Source: a virus | Taxonomy: Duplodnaviria > Caudoviricetes | Reading direction: 5' to 3' (one strand) | Virus record (IMG/VR): IMGVR_UViG_3300049167_000236 | Location: 1 to 54,669 of that record | DNA length: 54,669 bases | In this document: piece by piece, positions 24,625-33,612 of the stretch | Layout: the number at the start of each line of letters is the position of its first letter | How positions within the stretch are numbered: position 1 is the stretch's first letter | The notes under the pieces: generated by a model | Databases searched by the model: none | What the model saw: the letters and a program-made list of their open reading frames with translations, nothing else | Told to the model about the DNA's origin: nothing | Position numbers and translations under genes: made by a program

Positions 24625-25444
24625 GTGATGCGGCCATGAGGGTTGCAAGCAGGCTCGTGCCCTCAGCGGTGGGATGGACAACATCGTGATAGGCCGAGCG
24701 GGTCCAGTTCCCGTCGATGCAATGGATGCGAACACCCTCCATCGAGCGCAAGGCTGAAGGTGCCCAGCGGCATTCCTGCCCAACCGCATCTTTGTGGGGG
24801 TAAAGGAACACATCGACCGGCTGCTGTCGGGCGAAGTTGGCGAGCATCGCGAGTGCGTCATGCTTGGGCACTTGCAGGCCGGCAGATGGGGCGCCGCGCG
24901 AATAGAGGCCAAGTGCCCGGCGAGCCACGTAGGGTAGCGCGGGGAATGGTTTCGTTCGCGGGTGTGTGAAGTCCGAACGGAAAGACGAGGGTTCGTCAAA
25001 GTCCTGGCGGTTCAGAACGAACGCAATGCGATCAACGCCGGCCACCACTTCTGGATGATCGGCAAGGTAAGTCAGCTCATTCTGCAGGCCCCACGATCCC
25101 GCGCTGATCGGCCATACGGTCCAGCCTGTCTCCCGCTCTAGCGCAGGGGCCAAGTGCTCGGATTGGTCAAGGTGGCCACCAAAGACGATACTGTCCCCAA
25201 CCAGCAACAGGTCGGGGGCTGGTGAAGGCCGAAACGGGCGCTCGGTGCCCATCGAAAGCTCGTTGGTTGCCCAATCACGGGACCACATCAGGGAGCCCGA
25301 TTGGTTGGGCTTGGGAATGTAGCCGATCCGGTTGTTCGCATCGTAGAGCGGAAAGTCGTTGACCCGGCCGATGTGCATCATGGCCTCGGCTGCGAGTAAC
25401 AGAAGCACTGTGATCGCAAGCAGCCATCCGAGAGTCTTACGCAT
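24584..25444 (-). CDS. Membrane-anchored SGNH/GDSL hydrolase-family protein
   Basis: N-terminal TM; VGDS (block I), SAGSWG (II), VLN (III), DVVHP (V). Confidence 0.8.
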   Translation of the reverse strand: MRKTLGWLLAITVLLLLAAEAMMHIGRVNDFPLYDANNRIGYIPKPNQSGSLMWSRDWATNELSMGTERPFRPSPAPDLLLVGDSIVFGGHLDQSEHLAPALERETGWTVWPISAGSWGLQNELTYLADHPEVVAGVDRIAFVLNRQDFDEPSSFRSDFTHPRTKPFPALPYVARRALGLYSRGAPSAGLQVPKHDALAMLANFARQQPVDVFLYPHKDAVGQECRWAPSALRSMEGVRIHCIDGNWTRSAYHDVVHPTAEGTSLLATLMAASLKREEMPPRTARR

Positions 25445-25487
25445 GGTTATCGCCACCGGCGGTGCCACTTGTTAGTGCGAACCGCCA

Positions 25488-26333
25488 TCATGAAAGGCTC
25501 TCAGGGCGGAGCCTCTGCCGTATAGTAAGATTCCTCCCAGGACCGGCTCTGAATGCCGCAATCGTATCCATGGCGGCGGACTGTTCCGGGACGAAAAAGT
25601 AATTGGGGCCATTCGGAGCTTCGGCGGGCACCCCTCTTATATCGAAGCAGCTGTACCCTGCAGCTTGAGTGAGTTCCTTAATGGCGTCGAAGTTGCTTTG
25701 CGCGACCTCTGCGTAGATCACAGCAGTTTTCAGTGCCATCAGGTTGGACATCCCGGCGAGCACCAAAGCTTCTGCGCCTTCAACGTCGATCTTTACGAAA
25801 TCAGGAGCGCGGTATTTGGTTAGCAGTGCGTCAAGGGGGATGGTGCAGACCGGCTGCTGGTAACGAACTCCGCCCATTTGCGAGCTTCCAGCGACGTCAG
25901 CCAAGGCGTTTGCGGCGCGCCCCCGTTTGGCGATGTTAAACTCGGCAAGTCCAAAATCGCTTGATGCGGCAGCGCAAAGCACACTCATCGTTTTGTCTCT
26001 ATGGGCGGGCAGCTGACGGGTCCGTTCTAAGACGCTGGCCAGCCAGGGATCAGCTTCGACCGCAAGGACCATCCCCCCGGCCCCGGCCCGACTGGCCGCA
26101 GCTACAAAGAACGAACCTACATTGGCACCGACGTCCCAAACGACGGCGCCCGGCGAAACGAACGTCTCCGCAATGAGAATCAAATCATGGTCAAAGGTCG
26201 ACCCAAGCCTGAGGTATTTAAGCTGGGCATCCGGACTGACGTATAAGGGCTGCCGCTGCCCACTGACGACAATGTGGCGACGGAGGGTGCGCCCTCGGCC
26301 AAGAACCTCAACGAGCGTCCGAAGCTTTCCCAT
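25488..26333 (-). CDS. FkbM-family methyltransferase
   Basis: VWDVGANVG, VEADP, VKIDVEGAE; alternative GTG start at 26339. Confidence 0.88.
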   Translation of the reverse strand: MGKLRTLVEVLGRGRTLRRHIVVSGQRQPLYVSPDAQLKYLRLGSTFDHDLILIAETFVSPGAVVWDVGANVGSFFVAAASRAGAGGMVLAVEADPWLASVLERTRQLPAHRDKTMSVLCAAASSDFGLAEFNIAKRGRAANALADVAGSSQMGGVRYQQPVCTIPLDALLTKYRAPDFVKIDVEGAEALVLAGMSNLMALKTAVIYAEVAQSNFDAIKELTQAAGYSCFDIRGVPAEAPNGPNYFFVPEQSAAMDTIAAFRAGPGRNLTIRQRLRPESLS

Positions 26334-26410
26334 TTTCACCCCCTAGAACAGCGTCAGGTGCCATGTGTGATTTTGCCACCCTGTTCAACGTGAGAGTGCT
26401 GGGCGCCGAA

Positions 26411-26551
26411 TCACCCGGGTCCTTCAGCCCTTTTCTGCGCCGCCAGCGCCCGTCGCTTCTTCCACCTGCGCCACTGCTTACGCAGGTCGCGAGAAAACAG
26501 CAGTGCGGCCAGCGCGACGAAAGCAAGCACGACAAATAGGTATGAAGCCAT
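26411..26551 (-). CDS. Small single-pass membrane protein (46 aa)
   Basis: MASYLFVVLAFVALAALLF followed by basic tail. Confidence 0.5.
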   Translation of the reverse strand: MASYLFVVLAFVALAALLFSRDLRKQWRRWKKRRALAAQKRAEGPG

Positions 26552-26657
26552 TTTGGTTTCCCGTGTTCGCAGTTGCGAGATAGCACTATCTCTGCACCGG
26601 AGCAAAGCACGGTTAGACGGTGTCGGAATGGTGAGCGGCGGCGGCAGGCCCCCACCG

Positions 26658-26685
26658 TTGACCGCCATCGCGTCGAAATCATAGC
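26658..26685 (+). promoter_or_regulatory. Putative late promoter, copy 2 (TTGACC-N12-AAATCATAGC)
   Basis: Ends 8 nt before ATG 26694. Confidence 0.7.
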
Positions 26686-26693
26686 CCGAGGGA

Positions 26694-27236
26694 ATGGCCC
26701 TCGAACCTGACTGGAAGTTCAAGCTCCAAGAGCTCGATCCGACGCGCACAAAGCGGCTGAACGAGATTCTCGATTTCCTGCGGGCGCTGAGCACCGACGA
26801 CATCGCTGGTTTGCAGGCGGCACTCGATGAGCTTGAGGCGACGATCGAGGGGCTCGGCGCGTTGGCCACCAAGGACACGGTGAACGACGCGGACTGGTCC
26901 GGCGCCGATCTGGCAATCGCCAATGGCGGCACTGGCGCAAGCACTGCCGCTGCAGCGCGATCCAGCCTTGGTGCACTCGCCGCAGCCAGCCCCACGTTCA
27001 CGGGGACGATGCTCGGTACCGATGCCCAACTCACGGGTCAGATGCGGGCGTCCGTGCTTGAGGCTGACAGCCGGGTCGAAGTGAACGGCACGAAGGTGCT
27101 GGGGACTCAAGGAGCGGCCATCGCGAACGTCGCAACGGCAGCGGCCGCTCCGACCCAGGCGGAGTTTAACGCGCTGGTCACGGCTTTCAACGCGAGCCTC
27201 GCTAGGTTGCGCGCTCACGGGCTCATCAACACCTGA
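26694..27236 (+). CDS. Fibre-like virion protein
   Basis: LGALATKD and LAIANGGTGASTAAAARSSLG fibre-repeat motifs; C-terminal LARLRAHGLI. Confidence 0.6.
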   Translation: MALEPDWKFKLQELDPTRTKRLNEILDFLRALSTDDIAGLQAALDELEATIEGLGALATKDTVNDADWSGADLAIANGGTGASTAAAARSSLGALAAASPTFTGTMLGTDAQLTGQMRASVLEADSRVEVNGTKVLGTQGAAIANVATAAAAPTQAEFNALVTAFNASLARLRAHGLINT

Positions 27237-29602
27237 TGCTCGACGGCCTGACCCTGACCCCCGACGACCTGGCAAAGATCGACACGCTACCCATCGAGCA
27301 GATCCGCGAGCTGGAGAAGCTGATCGATGCTGAGAAGCGCGCGGGTGAGGCTAAGGCACACATGCAGCGGTATGCCGCTATCGCCGGAGAGTTTCCAAGC
27401 GCGATCGAGCGTTGGCCCATCGACTTCGGCCCCGCCCTGCGTTGGAAGGCGCGGGTTGCCCCGCTGCTGGCTGACGATGAGCAGCTCGCCGCCGGCGCCA
27501 AGCTCTACTACCGCGACAAGCCCAAGGACTTCATTCGGCACTGGTGCGTCACCTATGACCCGCGAAACGCTGGAAGCGATGTTCCCACGAAGCTGCCGTT
27601 CTTGCTGTTCAAGCGTCAGGACGACCTGATCGACTTCCTGATGGCCTGCCTCAAGTGCGAGGAATCCGGTCTGATCGAGAAGGCCCGCGACATGGGCGCG
27701 ACCTGGGTGGCCTGCGCCTTCTCCGTCTGGCTGTGGCTCTACTGGCCCGGTGCGGCGATCGGTTGGGGCAGCCGCAAGGAAATGTACGTCGACAAGATCG
27801 GCGACCCCGACAGCATTTTTGAGAAGATGCGCGTCATCATCCGCGCCCTACCCGCTTCGCTACTGCCGGCCGGGTTCAATCCTGTCGACGACATGCCGTA
27901 CATGAAGATCGTCTCGCCAACCGGAGCGACAATCACCGGAGAAGCAGGCGACAACATCGGCCGCGGCGGTCGTAAGCTGCTATATTGGAAGGACGAATCC
28001 GCCCACTACGAGCGGCCTGAAAAGGTCCAAGCTGCGCTCGACGACAACACCCGCGTCCAAATCGATATTTCCAGCGTCAACGGCATCGGCAACGTGTTCC
28101 ACCGCCGACGCATGGCCGGCAAGGATTGGCAAGGCGAGCCGCAGCTAGACAAGAACCGCACCGCCGTGTTCGTCATGGACTGGCGCGACCACCCCGGCAA
28201 AGACCAAGCTTGGTACGACGGCAGGCGGGCGAAAGCCGAAGCCGACGGGCTGCTCCACGTCTTCGCGCAAGAGGTCGAACGTAGCTACTCCGCGTCGGTC
28301 GAAGGCACAATCATCCCTGCAGAATGGGTCACGTCGGCCATCGACGCGCACAAAGTCCTCGGCTTCGACGACAGCGGCGGTTGGTGCGGCGGGCTCGACG
28401 TTGCGGACGGCGGCGGCGACAAGAATGCGCTGGCGCTGCGCAAGGGCGTCATTCTCAAGTCGGCCGAAGCATGGGGCGCGCGGGACACCGGCGAAACAGC
28501 GCGCCGGTCGGTGTCAGCCTGCGAGGGTCTCGGCGGGATCGACCTGCAGTACGACAGCATCGGCGTCGGTGCCGGCGTCAAAGCCGAAACGAACCGGCTC
28601 GAGGACGAGGGGCTCCTGCCTCCACTCATGCGCATGGTGCCGTGGAACGCCGGCGCCTCGCCGTTGGACCGCGATGAGCCGATCATCCCCGACGATCGCG
28701 ACAGCCCGCTCAACAAGGACTTCTACGACAACCTGAAGGCTCAAGCGTGGTGGACCATGCGCGGCCGCTTCGAGCGCACGCATCGCGCGGTGCAGGCGGT
28801 TCGTGACGGGCAGCCGAACCCGTACGATCCTGAGGACCTGATCAGCCTGCCCTCGGACCTGCCGCATTTGCACGAAATCCAGAAGGAGCTGAGCCAGCCC
28901 ACGGCGAGCCGCAACAGTCGCATGAAGCTGATCGTCGACAAATCCCCCGAGGGCACTCGCTCTCCCAACCTGGCGGACGCGATCATCATGGCATTCCATC
29001 CAGCGCAGGGGCTGCGGCCCGTCTTCACCGTCACGCCTGTCGATATCCAGACCGACCTGATGCCCGTCCCTTCGATCTGGCGGCGGGCTTATGCCATGCG
29101 CGTTGAGAGCGACCGGACGTGCGCGCTGTGGGCTGCATACGATCCCGCGTCCGACGTGCTCTACATCACCGCGGAACACAGCCGGCAGTTCGCCGACGTC
29201 CAGACCAACGCGTTGGCGATCAAGGCCCGTGGCGAGTGGATGCCGGGTTGGGCCGACATCGACGCATCGAACAGCAAGGACGAGATGCAAGTCCTCGCTT
29301 CCCTCCATGCGGCCAAGCTCAAGGTGATGCCGGCGGACAAGTCGGTCGAAGCAGGCGTCGGCGATATGCAGCAGCGCCTCGCGACAGGCCGGCTAAAGGT
29401 GTTCTCGACCTGCACGCAATTTCTCAAAGAATACCGCAGCTACCGGCGCGATTCCGATGAGAAGATCACGGGTGGCGGGCTCATGGATTGCGCCCGCCAA
29501 TTGTGCCGTCCGCACGCGATCAAGCGCATGGTTGTCAAGCCGTCTGAGAAAATCATAGCCCCAAGGAGGGCGCCGGTTGGCGACCCGACTGCGGGCTACT
29601 GA
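27236..29602 (+). CDS. terL: Terminase large subunit with C-terminal extra domain
   Basis: Walker A IEKARDMGATW, Walker B YWKDESAH, ISSVNG coupling motif, nuclease GLDVADGG.DKN / YDSIGVG / SPNLADA. Confidence 0.9.
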   Translation: MLDGLTLTPDDLAKIDTLPIEQIRELEKLIDAEKRAGEAKAHMQRYAAIAGEFPSAIERWPIDFGPALRWKARVAPLLADDEQLAAGAKLYYRDKPKDFIRHWCVTYDPRNAGSDVPTKLPFLLFKRQDDLIDFLMACLKCEESGLIEKARDMGATWVACAFSVWLWLYWPGAAIGWGSRKEMYVDKIGDPDSIFEKMRVIIRALPASLLPAGFNPVDDMPYMKIVSPTGATITGEAGDNIGRGGRKLLYWKDESAHYERPEKVQAALDDNTRVQIDISSVNGIGNVFHRRRMAGKDWQGEPQLDKNRTAVFVMDWRDHPGKDQAWYDGRRAKAEADGLLHVFAQEVERSYSASVEGTIIPAEWVTSAIDAHKVLGFDDSGGWCGGLDVADGGGDKNALALRKGVILKSAEAWGARDTGETARRSVSACEGLGGIDLQYDSIGVGAGVKAETNRLEDEGLLPPLMRMVPWNAGASPLDRDEPIIPDDRDSPLNKDFYDNLKAQAWWTMRGRFERTHRAVQAVRDGQPNPYDPEDLISLPSDLPHLHEIQKELSQPTASRNSRMKLIVDKSPEGTRSPNLADAIIMAFHPAQGLRPVFTVTPVDIQTDLMPVPSIWRRAYAMRVESDRTCALWAAYDPASDVLYITAEHSRQFADVQTNALAIKARGEWMPGWADIDASNSKDEMQVLASLHAAKLKVMPADKSVEAGVGDMQQRLATGRLKVFSTCTQFLKEYRSYRRDSDEKITGGGLMDCARQLCRPHAIKRMVVKPSEKIIAPRRAPVGDPTAGY
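29532..29559 (+). promoter_or_regulatory. Putative late promoter, copy 3 (TTGTCA-N12-AAATCATAGC), inside terL 3' end
   Basis: Same spacing; upstream of 29613/Lar/portal. Confidence 0.62.
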
Positions 29603-29612
29603 TGAGGCACGG

Positions 29613-29963
29613 ATGAACCTTCGCGATCCGATGAATGCAGCGCGTCGCATGTTCAGCGATCCGCTCACTGTGCCGATGATCGGTGGCCTGCTGACCCAGG
29701 CTGGCGGCGCTTTGAAGCAGGCAGCTGGTGGATTGCCGCGGCAGGACAAGGCGGCACAGTACCGCTCCGTTCCACCTCAGCCACAAGCCCCGGCCGGGAA
29801 CCCGCCTGCCGTAGCGCAAGCAACACCGCCCGCACCTGGTACCGCGCCCGAACCAACGCCCGTAGCTGCTGAGCCGCCTTCGCCCCAGATGGTCTACGAC
29901 ACCGAGTTCCGTCGCCAGATCCGTGAACGCTTCCAGCGCCAGCGCGCGTTGGGGAACCGCTAA
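29613..29963 (+). CDS. Pro-rich hypothetical protein
   Basis: GAGG RBS; TAATG coupling to Lar. Confidence 0.55.
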   Translation: MNLRDPMNAARRMFSDPLTVPMIGGLLTQAGGALKQAAGGLPRQDKAAQYRSVPPQPQAPAGNPPAVAQATPPAPGTAPEPTPVAAEPPSPQMVYDTEFRRQIRERFQRQRALGNR

Positions 29964-30145
29964 TGGCCACTGAGCTGAAGCCATGCCCGTTCTGTGGCGG
30001 TGAGGCGGCGTTGGGCGGCGGGCCGGATGGTGCATTCGTCAACTGCACCGACTGCCTTGCGTCGACGAACGTTCTGCATCCCCATGGCGATACGGACGAC
30101 GAGGCTATCGCTGCGTGGAACACGCGCCACAAGGAAGCGAACTGA
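29963..30145 (+). CDS. Lar-family restriction alleviation protein
   Basis: ELKPCPFCGGEA...CTDC...AIAAWNTR. Confidence 0.8.
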   Translation: MATELKPCPFCGGEAALGGGPDGAFVNCTDCLASTNVLHPHGDTDDEAIAAWNTRHKEAN

Positions 30146-32385
30146 TGGCCACTGCCCCGCTCCCGGCCGATCGCAGCCTCGAAGTCGTCGGCGGCGCAGA
30201 AGCTGCCGAGAACCGCGTCATCGAAGCGTCTCAGTCGATCATCAACGAGATCAGCAAGACCTTCCAGGAGGTCTACCGCGCTCGCCTGCCTATCGAAACC
30301 CGCTGGATGGAAGACCTGCGCAACTTCCATGGCAAGTATTCCGAACGCATCGAGACCGACCTGACAAAGGCCGAGCGCTCGACCGTGTTCGTGAACCTGA
30401 CGCGGCAGAAGACGAACGCATGGGAAGCACGGCTGTCCGACCTGCTGTTCCCGACCGACGACAAGAACTGGGGCGTGAAGCCGACCCCGACGCCGCAGCT
30501 CGTCGAGGCGGCGAAGAACGCAATGGCGCAGGCCAAGGACCAGGTCGAGCAAGCCAATGCAGCCGTGGCCGCCGGGGATCCTCGCGCCGAGATTATAGCG
30601 CAACAGGCCGACGCCTTCGCCAAGACCGCTGTAGATAGCGAAGCCGAGATCGCGGAATCGAAGAAGCGCGCGTCGTCGATGGAACAGGTGATCGAGGATC
30701 AGCTGATCGAATCCGACTACGCCACTCGGTGCCGCGACATCATCGCCGATGGCTGCCGGCTCGGCACAGGCATCCTGAAGGGGCCCGTGACGTCTTCGCG
30801 CCTTCGGCAGCAGTGGCGGCCGGACAAGCTATCCTGGCTACTGGAGCAGCTGCCTGACCCGATCCCTGAGGGTATTCGCGTCGACCCCTGGCATTTCTTC
30901 CCCGACATGTCGGCGAATGTCATCTCGGAAGCCGAGTTTACATTCGAGCGCTCGCTGCCGAGCAAGAAGGACTTGCGCCGGTTCGCGGTGAAGTTCGGCT
31001 TCAATCGGGCGGCCGTGAAGCGCCTGCTCGAGGAAGGGCCGGGCAACACCACGAGCGAGCTCGACCATCTGACCAGCATCCGCTCGCTGATCGGCGAAGG
31101 CGAGGCGATCAAGGATCGCTACGTCATGCTTGAGTACCACGGGCCGATCAGCTGCCACGACATCGCCATCCTGCTCCGCGCCATGGGCAACGAGGAAGCG
31201 GCGCGCGAGATCGAGGACGACAAGGACCCGTTCGAAGAACACCGGGTCATCATCCACTTCATCGGCAACGAAGTGCTCAAGATCGCTCCGGACTATCCGC
31301 TCGACAGCCAAGAGACGCTCTACAGCGTCTGGAACTTCGAGAAGGGCGAGACTTCGATTTTCGGCTACGGCGTGCCCTACTTGGCGCGCGACCCGCAGAA
31401 GATCATCAACGGCGCCACCCGCATGATCATGGACAACGCGGCGCTGTCAGTCAGCGGCCAGATCCTGATCAACAAGAGCGCGGTCGAACCGGAAGACGGG
31501 ACCTGGGGGCTGCGGCCCTACAAGGTCTGGCTGATGGATTCGACGATGCTCCAACAGTCGCCGATCCCGCCATTCCAGATCGTGCCCATCCCGAACAACC
31601 AGACGCAGCTCGGCGGCATCATCGAAATGGGCCGCGCGTTCCTCGACGAGCAGGTCTCGATGCCTCAGATCGCTCAGGGCGAGCAGGGTTCCACCAGTCA
31701 GACGCTCGGCGGTATGTCGATGCTGTTCAACTCGGCGAACGTCGTCTTCCGCCGCGTGGTCAAGTCGTGGGACGACGAGTTGACTAAACCGACGATCCGT
31801 CGGTTCTACCACTGGAACATGCAGTTCAACCCGGACGACAGCATCAAGGGCGATATGCAGGTCGATGCCCGCGGTTCCTCGGTGCTGCTGGTGCGCGAGA
31901 TCCAGTCCCAGAACCTGATGGCCGTCATGACCAACTGGACCGTCCACCCGGTCATCGGCCCGTGGGTCACACCCAAGGTCCGCGAGGGCCTGGCGAAGAC
32001 GCTCCAGACCATGATGATCGACCCTGCCGACATGCTCGTCACGCAGGACGAGTACAACAAGGCGATGGCCGACGCCGCTGCGGCACAGGCTGAAGGTGGT
32101 GGCGAGGATCCCGAACTGGCCGGCAAGATGAAGCTGGCCGAGTTCGAGCGCGAGACGAAGCAGCTGGTCCTGGCGAGCGAGCGCGAACTGAAGCTGCTCG
32201 AGCTGGGCCTGCGCGAGAACCTCTCGCTGGCGCAGATCGAGGCCGCACTTGAGGGCAAGCGCATCGACGTTGGCGCCAAGGAGCGGATGCACGCGGCGAA
32301 CATCGGGGTCGAGGAGCAGCGACGCCGCGCGGCCGAAGCCGTGGGCACACCGCCGCAAGAAGCTGTTGGCGTGGGAGTTGGGTGA
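30145..32385 (+). CDS. Portal protein (podoviral)
   Basis: 746 aa after TerL; GTGILKGP, VDPWHFFPD, FGYGVP, GGMSML...RRVVKSWDD, IKGD..VDARG; coiled-coil C-terminus. Confidence 0.85.
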   Translation: MATAPLPADRSLEVVGGAEAAENRVIEASQSIINEISKTFQEVYRARLPIETRWMEDLRNFHGKYSERIETDLTKAERSTVFVNLTRQKTNAWEARLSDLLFPTDDKNWGVKPTPTPQLVEAAKNAMAQAKDQVEQANAAVAAGDPRAEIIAQQADAFAKTAVDSEAEIAESKKRASSMEQVIEDQLIESDYATRCRDIIADGCRLGTGILKGPVTSSRLRQQWRPDKLSWLLEQLPDPIPEGIRVDPWHFFPDMSANVISEAEFTFERSLPSKKDLRRFAVKFGFNRAAVKRLLEEGPGNTTSELDHLTSIRSLIGEGEAIKDRYVMLEYHGPISCHDIAILLRAMGNEEAAREIEDDKDPFEEHRVIIHFIGNEVLKIAPDYPLDSQETLYSVWNFEKGETSIFGYGVPYLARDPQKIINGATRMIMDNAALSVSGQILINKSAVEPEDGTWGLRPYKVWLMDSTMLQQSPIPPFQIVPIPNNQTQLGGIIEMGRAFLDEQVSMPQIAQGEQGSTSQTLGGMSMLFNSANVVFRRVVKSWDDELTKPTIRRFYHWNMQFNPDDSIKGDMQVDARGSSVLLVREIQSQNLMAVMTNWTVHPVIGPWVTPKVREGLAKTLQTMMIDPADMLVTQDEYNKAMADAAAAQAEGGGEDPELAGKMKLAEFERETKQLVLASERELKLLELGLRENLSLAQIEAALEGKRIDVGAKERMHAANIGVEEQRRRAAEAVGTPPQEAVGVGVG

Positions 32386-32588
32386 TGATCACCGCCCAAA
32401 GCGCCGACTGGCCCGATACGAAGGCTAAACTCCTGGAGCAGATCGAAGCAGGTCGCGACCTACTCGAGCGCACCCAAGACGCGACCATGGCTGCCGAGCA
32501 GCGCGGCGCGATCCGTGCCCTGCGCAAGTTCATCGACACGGTGGAGGCGAAGGCCAAGCCGAGCGAGCCCACCCCTGGCTACAATTGA
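32385..32588 (+). CDS. Small head-associated hypothetical protein
   Basis: 67 aa between portal and scaffold; QRGAIRALRK. Confidence 0.6.
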   Translation: MITAQSADWPDTKAKLLEQIEAGRDLLERTQDATMAAEQRGAIRALRKFIDTVEAKAKPSEPTPGYN

Positions 32589-32620
32589 CGTATCTTCCCC
32601 CCTTGACAGGAGATTTTCGC

Positions 32621-33571
32621 GTGAGTGATACAGAGGCTGTCGTTGCAGAAACCGACGACAAGACCGAGTTCGACAACGCGTTCAAGTCGATCACTCGCAA
32701 GAAGCTAGGGCTGCCCGAGAAGGCCCCCGAAACCGAAGGCGAAGTCGACGAACCGGAAGCGGATAAGGAAGGGTTGAGCGACACCGCTCCCCCGCAGGAC
32801 GTAGCCGCGGAAACGCCAGCTGCTGAAGAGACAAACGACGATATTTGGGCCGGGGCTGATCCGCGCCTGCGTGAAGCCATCGAGGTAGAGCGCAAGGCAC
32901 GGGAGAAAGCCGAGAACTTTGCCCGCACCCAGACCGGTCGTCTGTCGCAAGCCAACCAGCGAATTGCCGAGTTCCAGGCCAAGTACGAGAAAGTGCAAGG
33001 CAAGAGCGAGGCGGCCTCAACCGAGGCAGAAGTAGCTAAGGCCGAAGACGATCTGGCGAAGCTCCGGGAAGATTATCCCGATTTCGCCAAACTGGTCGAG
33101 AAGGTCGAGACCGCTGACAGTCGGTTGAAGAAGCTGGATGAGGTCGAGCAGGAACGCGAAAGCGAACGTGTGAAGGCCCTGCTCTTGGGCAACCAGGAGA
33201 AGCTTGCGGAAGCGCACCCGGATTGGGCGGAGGTCCGCGAAGGCGGGTCTCGTTCGGCAGAGTTCGTCGATTGGTATCATCGCCAACCTGCGTACGTGCA
33301 GGCCGCGATCCAAACCAACGCCGCCAACATCGTCGACCCGGATACGGTCGCGGACATTCTCACGCGCTTCAAGGCTGAAACAGCGCCAGCGCAAGAAGAA
33401 CCCGAACCCACGCCGGACACGAGTTTAGCCGCACGTCGAGAGCGGCAGCTTGAAGCAAGTCGAGGGGTCAAGGCGAACGCTCCGGTCATCACTGGCCAGA
33501 CACCAGCTTCCGACTTCGAGAGCGAGTTCAAGCGGCAGGTCGCGGCGCGCAAGAAAGCAGCCAATCGATAG
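32621..33571 (+). CDS. Putative scaffolding protein
   Basis: Acidic/coiled-coil, HPDW...FVDW motif, directly before capsid; AGGAG RBS. Confidence 0.72.
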   Translation: MSDTEAVVAETDDKTEFDNAFKSITRKKLGLPEKAPETEGEVDEPEADKEGLSDTAPPQDVAAETPAAEETNDDIWAGADPRLREAIEVERKAREKAENFARTQTGRLSQANQRIAEFQAKYEKVQGKSEAASTEAEVAKAEDDLAKLREDYPDFAKLVEKVETADSRLKKLDEVEQERESERVKALLLGNQEKLAEAHPDWAEVREGGSRSAEFVDWYHRQPAYVQAAIQTNAANIVDPDTVADILTRFKAETAPAQEEPEPTPDTSLAARRERQLEASRGVKANAPVITGQTPASDFESEFKRQVAARKKAANR

Positions 33572-33612
33572 AGCCGGAGGCCTGATCCTCCCGCTCTTGG
33601 GGGGACAGTAAA

